NCBI GenBank assembly: GCA_964458305.1
Contig: CAYWIH010000002.1
Location: 32,599 to 96,598 of the forward strand
DNA length: 64,000 bases
Reading direction: 5' to 3'
Source of the DNA: an uncultured bacterium
GTDB taxonomy: Bacteria > Cyanobacteriota > Cyanobacteriia > Cyanobacteriales > JASJDA01
Shown here: positions 45,191-55,309 of the stretch, one piece after another
Numbering within the stretch: position 1 is the first letter of the stretch
Layout of the letters: every line of letters begins with the position of its first letter
Notes under the pieces: generated by a model
The model's database searches: none
Seen by the model: the letters and a program-made list of their open reading frames with translations, nothing else
Told to the model about the DNA's origin: nothing
Position numbers and translations under genes: made by a program

Positions 45191-45295
45191 TTAACTGCCT
45201 TGAATTTTCAACAGTAAAAATCCCCAAGCTAAACCGAAAAGAATTAAAACAGGAGCGGCGATCGCTCCATAAAAAAGCATACTTTCAGCACTCAT
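45191..45295 (-). CDS. petM: Cytochrome b6-f complex subunit 7 (PetM)
   Basis: Not in the ORF track (34 aa). Manual translation gives [34 protein letters not shown], compared with Synechocystis PetM [36 protein letters not shown]. Confidence 0.85.
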   Translation of the reverse strand: MSAESMLFYGAIAAPVLILFGLAWGFLLLKIQGS

Positions 45296-45411
45296 AATTT
45301 TCTCTCATCTAGATATATTTCAACTTATGATAACTGCTGCGATCGATTTTCCCCCCAGACGATCGCCCTCTTTTAATACCGTTTTTGTTTATTACTACAC
45401 TCGATGAATTT

Positions 45412-45431
45412 TGTACCGACGTACCATGGTA
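45412..45431. repeat. Second copy of the dispersed TGTACCGACGTACCATGGTA element
   Basis: Identical 20-mer to 35333-35352. Here the palindrome's right arm has diverged (…GGTAAGC). Confidence 0.85.
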
Positions 45432-45516
45432 AGCCCCTACTGAATTTTGCAGTTGTCCGATCGGAAATTATATGGTAAAACGAACGAGTCGAAGGATAAA
45501 ATTAAAAACTTTAAAA

Positions 45517-46581
45517 ATGGCTACAGATCCGACTATCCTTAAAATAGCCGTTACTTTAGGAGATCCTGCGGGTATCGGGCCCGAAATTGTGCTAAAAGCT
45601 TTAGCAGATCGTGAATTAGTGCCTGAAAATTGTTCGATAACCGCGATCGGCACTCGATCGCTCTTAGAAGAAAGATATCAATATCTTCGTCAAAAATCGT
45701 CAGAATTAGCAGATCCGGCGACAATATCAATCTTAGATATTCCTTTAAATTATGGAGATCGCATCGAACTCGGTCAAGGAAATGCTGTAAGTGGTGCGGC
45801 TAGTTTTGCTTATTTAACTGAAGCGATCGCCAGAACTATTAAAGGGGAATTTAATGCTATTGTCACCGCACCGATCGCTAAATATTTATGGCAAGAAGCA
45901 GGATATAATTATCCCGGTCAAACAGAAGTTTTAGCAAGCAGTGCCAAAGCAGATCGATATGGGATGTTATTTGTAGCCCGATCGCCCCATACGGGTTTTA
46001 TCTTACGTACCCTCTTAGCTACTACCCATATTCCCTTATCTCAAGTTCCATCGGTTTTAAATCCCGAGTTAATGTCAAAAAAATTAGCATTGTTGATAGA
46101 CTGTCTTCGCACTGATTTTGGTATTAACAACCCTAAAATAGTTATCTCGGGTTTGAACCCTCATAGCGGTGAAAACGGACAATTAGGAAGGGAAGAAAAA
46201 GATTGGTTAATACCTTGGTTGGAAAAAGAAAAGCAAAACTATCCCAATCTAAAATTAATCGGCCCCGTACCTCCCGATACGATGTGGGTCAAACCAGGTC
46301 GTGCTTGGTACGATAAAGTAAATTCCGATAATGCTGCCGATGCTTATCTAGCTTTATATCACGATCAAGGCCTAATTCCAGTAAAATTAATGGCTTTCGA
46401 TCGCGCGATTAATACGACGATCGGGTTACCTTTGATTCGTACTTCCCCAGATCACGGTACTGCTTTCGATATTGCCCGACAGGGTATTGCCGATCCCAAT
46501 AGTATCAAAGCCGCGATCGCTTTAGCAACAGAACTGGCCCGACACCGACAACAGAACTATCAATACTTAAATTCCCGTTAA
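45517..46581 (+). CDS. pdxA: 4-hydroxythreonine-4-phosphate dehydrogenase
   Basis: [36 protein letters not shown] and [14 protein letters not shown] are PdxA signatures. Start taken at MATDP (45517). An upstream ATG at 45472 is also in frame. Confidence 0.85.
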   Translation: MATDPTILKIAVTLGDPAGIGPEIVLKALADRELVPENCSITAIGTRSLLEERYQYLRQKSSELADPATISILDIPLNYGDRIELGQGNAVSGAASFAYLTEAIARTIKGEFNAIVTAPIAKYLWQEAGYNYPGQTEVLASSAKADRYGMLFVARSPHTGFILRTLLATTHIPLSQVPSVLNPELMSKKLALLIDCLRTDFGINNPKIVISGLNPHSGENGQLGREEKDWLIPWLEKEKQNYPNLKLIGPVPPDTMWVKPGRAWYDKVNSDNAADAYLALYHDQGLIPVKLMAFDRAINTTIGLPLIRTSPDHGTAFDIARQGIADPNSIKAAIALATELARHRQQNYQYLNSR

Positions 46582-46672
46582 ATTATACGACGATCGCTTT
46601 ACCTTTGATTCGCACTTTCCCAGATCTTGGTACTGCCGATCCCAATAGTATCGAAGTTGCCCGCTTTAGCAA
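46582..46672 (+). pseudogene. Decayed duplicate of the pdxA 3' end
   Basis: ATTATACGACGATCGCTTTACCTTTGATTCGCACTTTCCCAGATCTTGGTACTG-CCGATCCCAATAGTATCGAAG... aligns with pdxA 46411-46530, with about a 30-nt internal deletion and scattered mismatches. Confidence 0.7.
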
Positions 46673-47180
46673 TTCTCGATCTAACAGGGTTAAATTCTTA
46701 CTTGTGATTTCCATTCTTTGCTTTAGTGTTTGCGATCGTTTCTTTTGCTTTTAGCTTGGATCATACTTAAGTAAATACTAGGAGAACAAAGAGCTATTAA
46801 TTAGTAATTTTAGTATTTTTTATTTGCTAATCAGTTCGCAAATTCTAGTATTTTTACGGAATAAACGATCGACAAAAATTTAAATTCCATAAAGCGAGAA
46901 AGAAAATTACAAATTTTCAAAAGCCAGGATTTAACTTCGATCGAGACAATAAGCGCAAAGAAATTAGCGTTTTTGGGGATAAATAGTCGGGTAAAAAATT
47001 TAAAGTATCTATGAAGATCTGACATTTTTAGAGGGTAACATTTAAAATCTCAGAAAAAACACTTAAAATATCTTATGGATTGACTTCCATAAAAATCGAG
47101 ATCGACGTTATCTCTAATACCTCTTAATAAAAAAAAGCTAATCAAACATCAATTAGAAAAACGAGCGGGAGTAAAATATC

Positions 47181-47501
47181 GTGTTAATTCTGACTAATTC
47201 TGAAGTTCAATACTGTACGGTAACTCATTTTGAAGGTAAAGAAACTGAAACTTTACTAGGCTTGAATTATCGAGGCCTTTTATTTGTTCGCTCGAGCACT
47301 TATGCTAAAAATCAATTTAAAAATGCGATCGAACGATGCAGATATTTCTTAGATTTAGAAATCCCAGTCGCATCGATCGTCGTAAAAGAAGGCGATCGCA
47401 TTAGCGTTTGGTTTGAAAATAAAAAAGTTAAATTAGTTCAAAATCCTGAATTTAGCCCAGTAAAGAACAGTTTAGAAAGAAGACCAGAAATGGCCTGCTA
47501 A
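47181..47501 (+). CDS. Hypothetical protein (106 aa, GTG start)
   Basis: GGGAG lies about 9 nt upstream of the GTG. No recognisable family. Confidence 0.35.
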   Translation: MLILTNSEVQYCTVTHFEGKETETLLGLNYRGLLFVRSSTYAKNQFKNAIERCRYFLDLEIPVASIVVKEGDRISVWFENKKVKLVQNPEFSPVKNSLERRPEMAC

Positions 47502-47585
47502 TAATTCAAACAATCGAGAACAAAGCGATCCTCGAAGCGGATCTGAAGCGGGAGCTTCAGCGCGCAAAACTTTCGATCGCCAGTT

Positions 47586-48209
47586 TTAATTAAATGCTTC
47601 TCTTGCCATACAAGCGCGGCCGCTAACTGCTATTTCTGGATCTTTTTGCTGCAAATGTTGAAATTTTGCCAAAATAGGCTTGACAAATTCACTATTTTCT
47701 GAAACTCTAGCTAAAAGTGCTTGCAAACCAACTACAGCAGCATAACGAACTACCCATTCCCCATCTTCGCAAACTAACAATAAAACATCGAGAACTTGTT
47801 TTTGAGCCGGTAAAATATCCTCTTGGGGTAATTTAGACCAATTGATAAATCCCAAGCCTCTAGCAGCCGCACGACGCACGCTCAAAGAAAAATCGCTGAC
47901 AGCAGCTTTTAACAATAAATCGAGGGCGCGAGGATCGCCGATCCCAGCAAAAGCACGAATAGTCCAAGCTCTCGCACCATAATTATAATCGTCAAGATTT
48001 TCTAATAAATAAGGAACTGCTGGCTCGCCGATATCGATCAATCCATCGACAGCAGCAACGGCAGCTCCGGGATTGTTATAACCCAATATTTCAATTAAAG
48101 TAGGGATTGCTGCGGGATCTTTTCGATCGGCTAATGCTTCGGTTGCTTCTAACAAACCATCAGCAGAATCAGCTTTTTCGACAGCTTCTATATATTTTTG
48201 TACGGACAT
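47586..48209 (-). CDS. cpcF: Phycocyanobilin lyase beta subunit (E/F-type, HEAT repeats)
   Basis: IPTLIEILGYNNPGAAVAAVDGLIDIGEPAVPYLL and following HEAT repeats. Sits downstream of cpcE. Confidence 0.85.
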   Translation of the reverse strand: MSVQKYIEAVEKADSADGLLEATEALADRKDPAAIPTLIEILGYNNPGAAVAAVDGLIDIGEPAVPYLLENLDDYNYGARAWTIRAFAGIGDPRALDLLLKAAVSDFSLSVRRAAARGLGFINWSKLPQEDILPAQKQVLDVLLLVCEDGEWVVRYAAVVGLQALLARVSENSEFVKPILAKFQHLQQKDPEIAVSGRACMAREAFN

Positions 48210-48245
48210 TTTTTGAAAGTAACGAGTAGATAATTTCTGATTTCT

Positions 48246-48356
48246 ATACCGACTTACCGGGAGAGAATAGACAGCTTTAGTAACGATCGATCGGTAGGAA
48301 TCTATAAGTTATCAATTCAAGGAAAGCTGTCTACTCCTTCCACCCAAGGTACGTCG
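48246..48356. repeat. Long imperfect inverted repeat filling the cpcE-cpcF spacer
   Basis: Left arm 48246-48278 (ATACCGACTTACCGGGAGAGAATAGACAGCTTT) and right arm 48323-48356 (AAAGCTGTCTACTCCTTCCACCCAAGGTACGTCG). The 11-bp core is perfect. The outer ends resemble the GGTACGTC dispersed motif. Confidence 0.6.
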
Positions 48357-48360
48357 CTTA

Positions 48361-49185
48361 TTACAATAGTCCGTCCATTAACTCCATTAATTTAATACTT
48401 TCTTCAGATAAAGCAGTAATTTCCGACTGCTTTGTTAATTGAAATTCTAATAATCCTCTCAAAGCGATTAATTTCATACTATTTTCAGCTAAAGTATTAA
48501 AAATTGGCTCTCCAGCAGGATAATAACCGATCGCCCCTAAATCTATTAAAGCCGATCGTCGCAGTTGTAAATTATCTCCAGCCAAAGCCTTAACCAGAAT
48601 ATCCCCGTAAACAGAATTACCAGTTAATTGATACATCGCTCGAGCTGCTGCATACTGTACTTTAGGGACTCGATGTTTTAAAAAAGGCTCGATCTCCTCT
48701 TGAGCTTCTGTTGCTCCTAAAGTTCCTAAAGCTTCGATAATTGCCTCGTAGGGCTGCACTAGATGGGGTTTTCCAGGGACTTGCTTAGCCTCCGCTACAC
48801 CACCTGCAAGTAACTTTAAAAGAGGCTGAATACAACTGGCATCGCCAACAGTTTCTAAAGACTGTGCTGCAGCTTCTCTGACGTAAACATCGGGAAAATC
48901 CAAACAGCGAATTAATGGCTCGATCGCTCTTTTATCTCCCAGTTTACCTAAAGCTCTAGCTGCATTTCTTCTTAAAGGATAACCACCGTCGGGTGCTCGA
49001 TCTTCAGAGTCTTCTAAAGCCAATAATAAAGCATCGATCGCCGCAGGTGTTGCCACTCTAAATCTTCCCAACCACCAAGCAGCATAATAACGCTGACCTA
49101 AATCTTCTTTTTGCAATAATTTAGCGATCGCTGTTTCTTCGGTTAACGATTCTGGTTCGCCAAACTCGGGATATTCTTGTTGCAT
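48361..49185 (-). CDS. cpcE: Phycocyanobilin lyase alpha subunit (E/F-type, HEAT repeats)
   Basis: LGQRYYAAWWLGRFRV signature and multiple HEAT repeats. 274 aa. Directly downstream of cpcA. Confidence 0.85.
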   Translation of the reverse strand: MQQEYPEFGEPESLTEETAIAKLLQKEDLGQRYYAAWWLGRFRVATPAAIDALLLALEDSEDRAPDGGYPLRRNAARALGKLGDKRAIEPLIRCLDFPDVYVREAAAQSLETVGDASCIQPLLKLLAGGVAEAKQVPGKPHLVQPYEAIIEALGTLGATEAQEEIEPFLKHRVPKVQYAAARAMYQLTGNSVYGDILVKALAGDNLQLRRSALIDLGAIGYYPAGEPIFNTLAENSMKLIALRGLLEFQLTKQSEITALSEESIKLMELMDGLL

Positions 49186-49207
49186 TTGCTCGCAATAAAC
49201 GTAACAA

Positions 49208-49269
49208 TGCCCGGAACAGTAAACAAATACTAGCGCGCTTTAGCCGGCATTCGCATACTTTTCCGGGCA
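49208..49269 (-). promoter_or_regulatory. Stem-loop downstream of cpcA (possible attenuator separating cpcBA from cpcEF)
   Basis: 9-bp inverted repeat TGCCCGGAA (49208-49216) / TTCCGGGCA (49261-49269). On the minus-strand transcript it is followed by a U-rich TTGTTACGTTTATT. Confidence 0.4.
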
Positions 49270-49353
49270 AGATCTTCAACAATCTCGATCGATTGCTTAA
49301 ATTTCTCGATCGACTAGAGACTCAATTTTTGCCCCCAGAAGTCGCTCTTCAAA

Positions 49354-49842
49354 TTAGCTGAGAGCGTTAATTGCGTAGTCGAAATAGTTGTTAGCTTCGG
49401 TAGCAGATTGACCTTGCAAACCGTGGTTAGCTTTGATGTATTTTAAAGCTTCGATGTACCAGCTAGGAGATAATTCGTAGCTGCGGTTGATTTCATCTAA
49501 GCCAGCAACTAAATACTCGTCCATGGGGCCAGTTCCACCAGCTACTAGACAGTAGGTTACCATACGCAAGTAGTAACCGATGTCGCGAGAGCATTTTGCT
49601 TTACCTTCTTCGGTAGAAGCGTAGTTGGGCCCGGGAGTAGAAGTAGTGTAAGGGAATTTGCTGTACACTGCTTGAGCTGCTCCGTTAACTAAGCTTTGAG
49701 AGTTAGCAGTTAATGTTTTTGCTGCTTCTAAAGCGGCACTAGCTCTTTCAAAACGACCGAAAGCGATTTGAATTTCGGTGTTGCTTAAGAAACGACCTTG
49801 AGAATCTGCTGCGGATACTGCTTCGGTTAGAGGTGTTTTCAT
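49354..49842 (-). CDS. cpcA: Phycocyanin alpha subunit
   Basis: 162 aa. [25 protein letters not shown]...[29 protein letters not shown]...[18 protein letters not shown] is near-collinear with C-phycocyanin alpha. Confidence 0.95.
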   Translation of the reverse strand: MKTPLTEAVSAADSQGRFLSNTEIQIAFGRFERASAALEAAKTLTANSQSLVNGAAQAVYSKFPYTTSTPGPNYASTEEGKAKCSRDIGYYLRMVTYCLVAGGTGPMDEYLVAGLDEINRSYELSPSWYIEALKYIKANHGLQGQSATEANNYFDYAINALS

Positions 49843-49900
49843 TTTTTTCGATTTCTCCCTGATATTTTGCTAAAAAACGATGCTTAATTGAATGGTTTGC

Positions 49901-50419
49901 TTATGCTACTGCCGCTGCTGCGCGATCGAAGTAGCCGGAAATTTCAGAAGCAAGCGCGCTGCAATCGCCAGGAGTGATACCGTTAGGATCGTTAACGATC
50001 GCTAATGCTGCTTCTTTCATTTTTTGTACGCCAACTGCAACAGAACTTCCTGGAGTTCCTAATGCTAGGTAAGTTTCGCGTAAACCGTTCAAGCAACGAT
50101 CTTCTAGTACGGAAGCATCGCCAGAGAAAATCGAGTAAGTTACGTAACGCAAAATAATTTCCATATCCCGCAAGCAAGCTGCGTTGCGACGGCTAGTGTA
50201 AGCGTTACCACCAGGAGCGATTAACTGGGGCTGCTCTTTGAATAATTCGCGAGCTGCGTTTGTTACGATCGCCGAAGCGTTGCTAGTAATGCGGTTTACC
50301 GCATCCATGCGCTTGTTGCCCTCTTTAACCATGTTGTTAAGAGCGTCGATTTGAGAGCTGGATAGAAATTCCCCTCTTGCATCTGCTTGAGAAACTACTC
50401 TAGTGAATGCGTCAAACAT
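49901..50419 (-). CDS. cpcB: Phycocyanin beta subunit
   Basis: 172 aa. [20 protein letters not shown]...[16 protein letters not shown]...[14 protein letters not shown], with Cys-82 and Cys-153 contexts. Confidence 0.95.
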   Translation of the reverse strand: MFDAFTRVVSQADARGEFLSSSQIDALNNMVKEGNKRMDAVNRITSNASAIVTNAARELFKEQPQLIAPGGNAYTSRRNAACLRDMEIILRYVTYSIFSGDASVLEDRCLNGLRETYLALGTPGSSVAVGVQKMKEAALAIVNDPNGITPGDCSALASEISGYFDRAAAAVA

Positions 50420-50749
50420 TTAGATCTCCTGTCAATAAGTTATGGTCTTATTTTTTAGTTGCGATCGCAACCATTTTTTTGGCAAAACAGGTGGATGTTT
50501 CCACTACTGTTTTAGTTTCCTTTATTTTTCTCAAAAGTTAAAGCCATTATCCATGATATGACTCAAACTATTTTTTTAAGAAATATCAGAAAACTTTATG
50601 TTTTTATCATATACCGCTTTATCGCGTTTATTTGCCTTTTTGGGGTTACTCTAGTTTCTCCCCAGGTAAATTTTATACAATCCTACGATATTTTTGCTCC
50701 CCAGATCTTGTAAATTTTTTAAGCTTTTTCTTAATAAAACTTAATATTA

Positions 50750-51517
50750 TTACAAGCTGATGATGCCCCAAGCTGCTAGAGCGACGGCGATCGCGATCCC
50801 AGCAAGTGCCGCTAATCCCCCGTAAAATATTGTTTGGGCGATCAGGGCGTATGCTTTGGAGTAAGGGGGACGTTGCCAACTCCAGCGATAGCCGGATGTC
50901 ATCCAAGGATATTGTTTGAATTCGTGGGAAAAATAGCCGATTTCTTCCAATTTAGCCCGATAATCTGCACCGTAACGAGGCATTCTCGCAAAAGGCAAAT
51001 CTCCTTGGGATCTTTGCGGTAATATCCGCCTTCTTTGATAGGGAAGGGTATCCTCGCCAAAGTTCTTCAAATATTCCTCGCTAGTCAGCAAGGCATCTAC
51101 GAACCCTTCTAAGCCTTTAGTCGCCAAAACGATCGACCAAGCCATTTTTTCGCGATCGTTGTAAATATCCCTTCCTAAAACGCGCCGAACGCACATTTGC
51201 ACGAAACGATAATTACTATTTGGCTCGTAATTGCGTCGCCGAAAAGTTTCTGAAAGCAGCAAGCCCCGCACGAATTCCCTGACGGTAATTTTTCGGTTTC
51301 TCAGCTGAGATTCTAGAAAAACTTGACGGTTGCTAGTTAAAAGTTGCTGTTCGTTAAAGATTTGGCGGTAAGCGGCTCTAATTAGCTCGTTGATTTCTAC
51401 TTGATTTGGTAGATGAGCTGTTGTATAATTTCTAGGCTGCTCTTCTCCTGGCACTTCAAAACCTGCTACGCGCTGATTTTGACTGTTAGGGGGATAGCTC
51501 AATAAAGGAATAGTCAT
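50750..51517 (-). CDS. cpcL: CpcG-family rod-core linker with C-terminal hydrophobic anchor (CpcL/CpcG2 type)
   Basis: PBS-linker domain (LIRAAYRQIFNEQQL...VREFVRGLLLSETFRR...RFVQMCVRRVLGR), plus C-terminal AYALIAQTIFYGGLAALAGIAIAVALAAWGIISL. Confidence 0.8.
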   Translation of the reverse strand: MTIPLLSYPPNSQNQRVAGFEVPGEEQPRNYTTAHLPNQVEINELIRAAYRQIFNEQQLLTSNRQVFLESQLRNRKITVREFVRGLLLSETFRRRNYEPNSNYRFVQMCVRRVLGRDIYNDREKMAWSIVLATKGLEGFVDALLTSEEYLKNFGEDTLPYQRRRILPQRSQGDLPFARMPRYGADYRAKLEEIGYFSHEFKQYPWMTSGYRWSWQRPPYSKAYALIAQTIFYGGLAALAGIAIAVALAAWGIISL

Positions 51518-51700
51518 ACCTTTGCTTGTCCTCCGCGAACGTTAAATTTAAAATAAGCCTTTAATTATTCCCATCTACGATGGTCGAGAAGGATTGGCTG
51601 AGTAATTTTACTCGTCTTTTTCCTTCTCTTTCGAGACTAAAGGAAGATCGGGCTATATTGCTATGTCTACGTCAAAAACAGCAATAATTTGTAATATTTA

Positions 51701-52456
51701 CTACAAACTCGGTAATAATTGAGGAATTTTTCTCGGCAAATCGAATAAAAAACCGTGAATGTATTCTTCTGTCCATTCTTCCCCGTACAAGCGAGCAAAC
51801 ATCCCCCGAGCCGGGTCTTTTTCGGCGCGATATTTGACATAACGCAATTGAGCTTGTAGGATATGCTTTTGCTTGTCAATGTCGTCGATCGCCACTGCTG
51901 CGCTAACAAAATCTAAATAAGCGGTGAGATAGTCGCAAAAAGCCGAATATACTCTAGTTTTAACCGTTTCTGTTTTTTCGGGCCGCGTCCACAAAAAAGC
52001 TTCCGAAAAGAAGGGTTTTGCTTCTTCTGGAAAATCTCCACCCCAACTTAAATGTTCTTGGTGGGTGCGAAATATTGGTAAAATCGGTTCGGTATATTTA
52101 TCTCGATAAGCTGGGTCGTCCCGAAAAAGAGGCTGCAGATCGATCGCGATTAGATGACCTCCTGGTAGGGTAACTAAATCCGCACCAAAAAAGGGTAAAT
52201 CGTAATTTGGCTGGGGAAAAATTACAAAATTAAGTACTTGTAAAGCTCCTCCTCCTCTGACGTGTGCCGCACGAATTTGCCGCAATTTTGGGGTAGAATA
52301 AGCAACCGAAGTAGTAATGACTGTTTCAAGTCTTTTTCCTTTTCCGGTTGTTGTTTCTTGGCGATCGAATCCTGGGGGAATTGGATAAGGAGATAAATTT
52401 AATTTATCTGATAGAAGATCGATCGCAAAATCTAAAAAAGGTTGATACAAACTCAC
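51701..52456 (-). CDS. pebB: Phycoerythrobilin:ferredoxin oxidoreductase
   Basis: [21 protein letters not shown] and [32 protein letters not shown] match PebB. GTG start at 52456. Confidence 0.85.
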   Translation of the reverse strand: MSLYQPFLDFAIDLLSDKLNLSPYPIPPGFDRQETTTGKGKRLETVITTSVAYSTPKLRQIRAAHVRGGGALQVLNFVIFPQPNYDLPFFGADLVTLPGGHLIAIDLQPLFRDDPAYRDKYTEPILPIFRTHQEHLSWGGDFPEEAKPFFSEAFLWTRPEKTETVKTRVYSAFCDYLTAYLDFVSAAVAIDDIDKQKHILQAQLRYVKYRAEKDPARGMFARLYGEEWTEEYIHGFLFDLPRKIPQLLPSL

Positions 52457-52485
52457 GTCAATTAAATTTTAAATTGATTGATTTT

Positions 52486-53217
52486 TTATTTATTTGCTGT
52501 CACAGCTAAAGAGCGAGCATCTTCAAAGAGAAATTCGTGCAAAAAGCGATCGGCCCATTCGCTACCGAAATAACTGCTAAATAAACCGTGAGCGGGATCT
52601 CGCTCCGCGCTATAACAATCGTAATCTTTTTGAGCGGTAACGATGCGATCTATCTCTTGAGGTTCGGTTAAAAATTCTGCATCTTCGAGGATCTGCCAAT
52701 ACAATTGAATGTATTCTTTGTAAGCTGGAAACAGTCTTTTTACTATAGTTTCTTTGTCGGTTTTGGCAAAGAGAATGTATTTAGAAAAGTAGCGATTGGC
52801 ATCGTAAAATTTCATGGGAATATTTTGAGCTAAATCTCGATATCGATCGCGAATTTTTGCCATCGGTTCGACATATTTATCTTGATAAGCTCGGTCGTTA
52901 AATAACGGTAAAAAATCTAAAACTACTAAATTTTTTACTTTGCCAAAGGTTAAAAAATCTATGCCTAAAAGAGGGATATCGTAATTATGTGCGGGATAGA
53001 TAACGCTATTAAAGATTTGAGCCGATTCTCCAGCATCGATATAGGTATAACGAATTTTCCGCAGTTGGGGAGATTTATAGCACCAACTTTGAATTGTGGC
53101 TTGGTTTTTACCCCGATCGCTTTGGTTGAATTCCAATCCGGGCGGAATCGCTCTTTTTTCTAAATTAAAATGCTTAAATAGCTCTTCTTCTAAATATTCC
53201 CTAAAAATTTGATACAT
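52486..53217 (-). CDS. pebA: 15,16-dihydrobiliverdin:ferredoxin oxidoreductase
   Basis: IQSWCYKSPQLRKIRYTYIDAG...LLGIDFLTFG...YSAERDPAHGLFSSYFGSEWADRFLHEFLF matches PebA. Lies upstream of pebB as in known pebAB operons. Confidence 0.85.
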   Translation of the reverse strand: MYQIFREYLEEELFKHFNLEKRAIPPGLEFNQSDRGKNQATIQSWCYKSPQLRKIRYTYIDAGESAQIFNSVIYPAHNYDIPLLGIDFLTFGKVKNLVVLDFLPLFNDRAYQDKYVEPMAKIRDRYRDLAQNIPMKFYDANRYFSKYILFAKTDKETIVKRLFPAYKEYIQLYWQILEDAEFLTEPQEIDRIVTAQKDYDCYSAERDPAHGLFSSYFGSEWADRFLHEFLFEDARSLAVTANK

Positions 53218-53320
53218 AGATTAAGACTCGGATACTATAGCTCTGTTGCGAGGATATCGGATCTCCCAAAACCTCGTCTCATATGCGATCGACAAAGCAA
53301 CATTACTTAATATCGTTCTC

Positions 53321-53908
53321 TTAAATACCGGCCCGAGCAAAATTATTTTGAATCAGATCTTCGATGCGATCGCCCGACAAACAACGACGCTCCGAACAAT
53401 AAGTCATTAAATTCACGCCATTCATCATTTTGACCGTACTGACGCGAACTCGGAAATCATCGGTAACGAACCAACAACGCTCCTGACCTTGATTGTTATC
53501 GTAATCGGTATCGATAGTCAAGATACCATCTCGGCCGAACCAATAGCGACTGATTACGGGAATACTTTCAACGTAACCGCGATCGCGAATTAATTTTCCG
53601 CTCAATTTGCTGTCATCGTCGGGAATATCGATTAAAATTGCGGCATAATCTGGATTGGGTTCGCGATCGTCTAAATTTCCCTGCCAACTGAAACTTGCTC
53701 CTCCGGTTGCTCGATCGGGATCTATGCCTTGAGAGGAGCAAACTTCTGCTATTTTAGAATCGTCTGGCTCGATAACTGTGACGATTAAGTTAGATTCTCC
53801 CGATTCGTCGGCAGCATTGTCAAAATGATGTACTGTTCTTTGGGTGAACCAAGTTCCTTCGCTTTTGCGAAAAAAGTCCATCATCGTGGTTGGCGGTTTC
53901 AATCTCAT
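53321..53908 (-). CDS. S/U-type phycobilin lyase (CpcS/CpeS family)
   Basis: MMDFFRKSEGTWFTQRTVHHF is the family N-terminal signature, on a lipocalin-like length. The true start is probably at Met-9/10 (53884/53881). Confidence 0.8.
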   Translation of the reverse strand: MRLKPPTTMMDFFRKSEGTWFTQRTVHHFDNAADESGESNLIVTVIEPDDSKIAEVCSSQGIDPDRATGGASFSWQGNLDDREPNPDYAAILIDIPDDDSKLSGKLIRDRGYVESIPVISRYWFGRDGILTIDTDYDNNQGQERCWFVTDDFRVRVSTVKMMNGVNLMTYCSERRCLSGDRIEDLIQNNFARAGI

Positions 53909-54112
53909 TGTTTTTTGCTCCGCAATTTTTTTTGTGCCTTCGGCTTTATCTTTAACTATTTTCTAGATATACTTTAAAAATGCAATTTTTAGCGATTTTA
54001 CTAGTTTTATTTTTTTTTACAAAAGTTTATTTGCAGTTATTAATTAAAAATTTAAAAAATGCCAAAATTATGCAAAGATCGCGGGCAATAAAAATATAGA
54101 CCAAATGTAATT

Positions 54113-54940
54113 ATGCAAACATCCCAACAAAGCCAAAAAAAACACCAAGAGACGATCGAATTGCTGCGATCGGGAGAACAATTGCAAGATATTGAATTAT
54201 CTCATGCCGATTTGTACGGCATTTCTTTAAGAGGTGTTAATTTAACTGGTGCTAATCTCAATAAAGTTAGTTTGACCAATGCTAGATTGACTAATTCTAA
54301 TTTGAGCGGGGCTAATTTAGCAGGTGCGGATTTGCGCGGTGTCGATTTTAGCAGGGCTAATTTAAGCGGGGCTAATTTAAGCGGAGCTTATTTACAAAGA
54401 GCCGATTTGCGTCAAGCTAACTTAAAAGATGCTATTTTCGAAGGAGCTAAATTACAAGTAGCATTGTACGATTCGGTAACGGTTTGGTCGCCAGAATTTA
54501 ATTATCAAAACTCTGGAGCGGTCGGCCCGGGTGCTATACTCAACGGAGCATTTTTAAATACAGCCAATTTGCGCGGAGTCGATTTGCGCGGAGCTAAACT
54601 AATCGGGGCTTATTTGAGCGGTGCGGACTTGATCGGGGCTAATTTGGAGAATGCAGCTTTGAGCGGAGCTAATTTACAAAGAGCTTTCTTGAGCGGGGCT
54701 TATTTACGCAATGCAAGATTGAGCGGAGCAGAATTACAAGGGGCCGACTTGCGGGGTGCGGACTTAACCGGAGCAGAAATAAGTCATTTAAACGGTATTG
54801 CTGGAGCTGATTTTAGCATGGTAGTGGGATTGAATGAAGGGACGATCGCCCAACTATTAAGCAATCACTCTCAGATCGAGTTGACTACTTGGAATCCTTA
54901 CACTCGCAACAATACCAAAAATAGTCTGACATTGGAGTGA
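54113..54940 (+). CDS. Pentapeptide-repeat protein
   Basis: Long runs of A(D/N)LxG pentads (ANLSGANLAGADLRGVDFSRANLSGANLSGAYL...). Confidence 0.9.
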   Translation: MQTSQQSQKKHQETIELLRSGEQLQDIELSHADLYGISLRGVNLTGANLNKVSLTNARLTNSNLSGANLAGADLRGVDFSRANLSGANLSGAYLQRADLRQANLKDAIFEGAKLQVALYDSVTVWSPEFNYQNSGAVGPGAILNGAFLNTANLRGVDLRGAKLIGAYLSGADLIGANLENAALSGANLQRAFLSGAYLRNARLSGAELQGADLRGADLTGAEISHLNGIAGADFSMVVGLNEGTIAQLLSNHSQIELTTWNPYTRNNTKNSLTLE

Positions 54941-55309
54941 AAATTGTAACTTATAGCAGTTGAAATAAAGGTTGGGAGATGTTCGATTGGCAAAATGGTT
55001 AAATATTAAGGATTATTCCTCTGACTTGTGCTAAGAAGGGTCGATCGCTTCTATTGCAATCGACTTTTAAGTAAAAAAATTGCTAAATAGTTATATAAAT
55101 TTTAAATAAAACTAAAATTACTAAAGTTGCAAACAAATCAAGATGGTCTGGGCAACCCTGGCAGTAAAGCCGAAGCTAGAAAGATAAAAATTTTTCGGAA
55201 GATCTGAAAAATAATTTATCATCTTATTATTGTCAACTGCTTTACAAAGCAACCAAAAATTACTGCAAAATTCTACCTATTGTAGTGAATTTTTAATAGA
55301 TACCATCTA

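Noticed and set aside
46831-47025. 64-aa minus-strand ORF (MSDLHRYFKFFTRLF...)
   Set aside because: AT-rich low-complexity translation with no RBS. It sits in a spacer and is likely spurious.
49354-50419. Phycoerythrin (cpeBA) assignment, prompted by the adjacent pebAB
   Set aside because: The sequences are collinear with C-phycocyanin. Alpha is 162 aa with a single bilin-Cys context, KCSRDIGYY. Beta has only the Cys-82 and Cys-153 contexts. The extra PE bilin sites are absent.
50673-51909. ORFs 50673..50906(-), 50834..51022(+) and 51667..51909(-)
   Set aside because: They overlap cpcL or pebB in other frames or on the other strand. No motifs.
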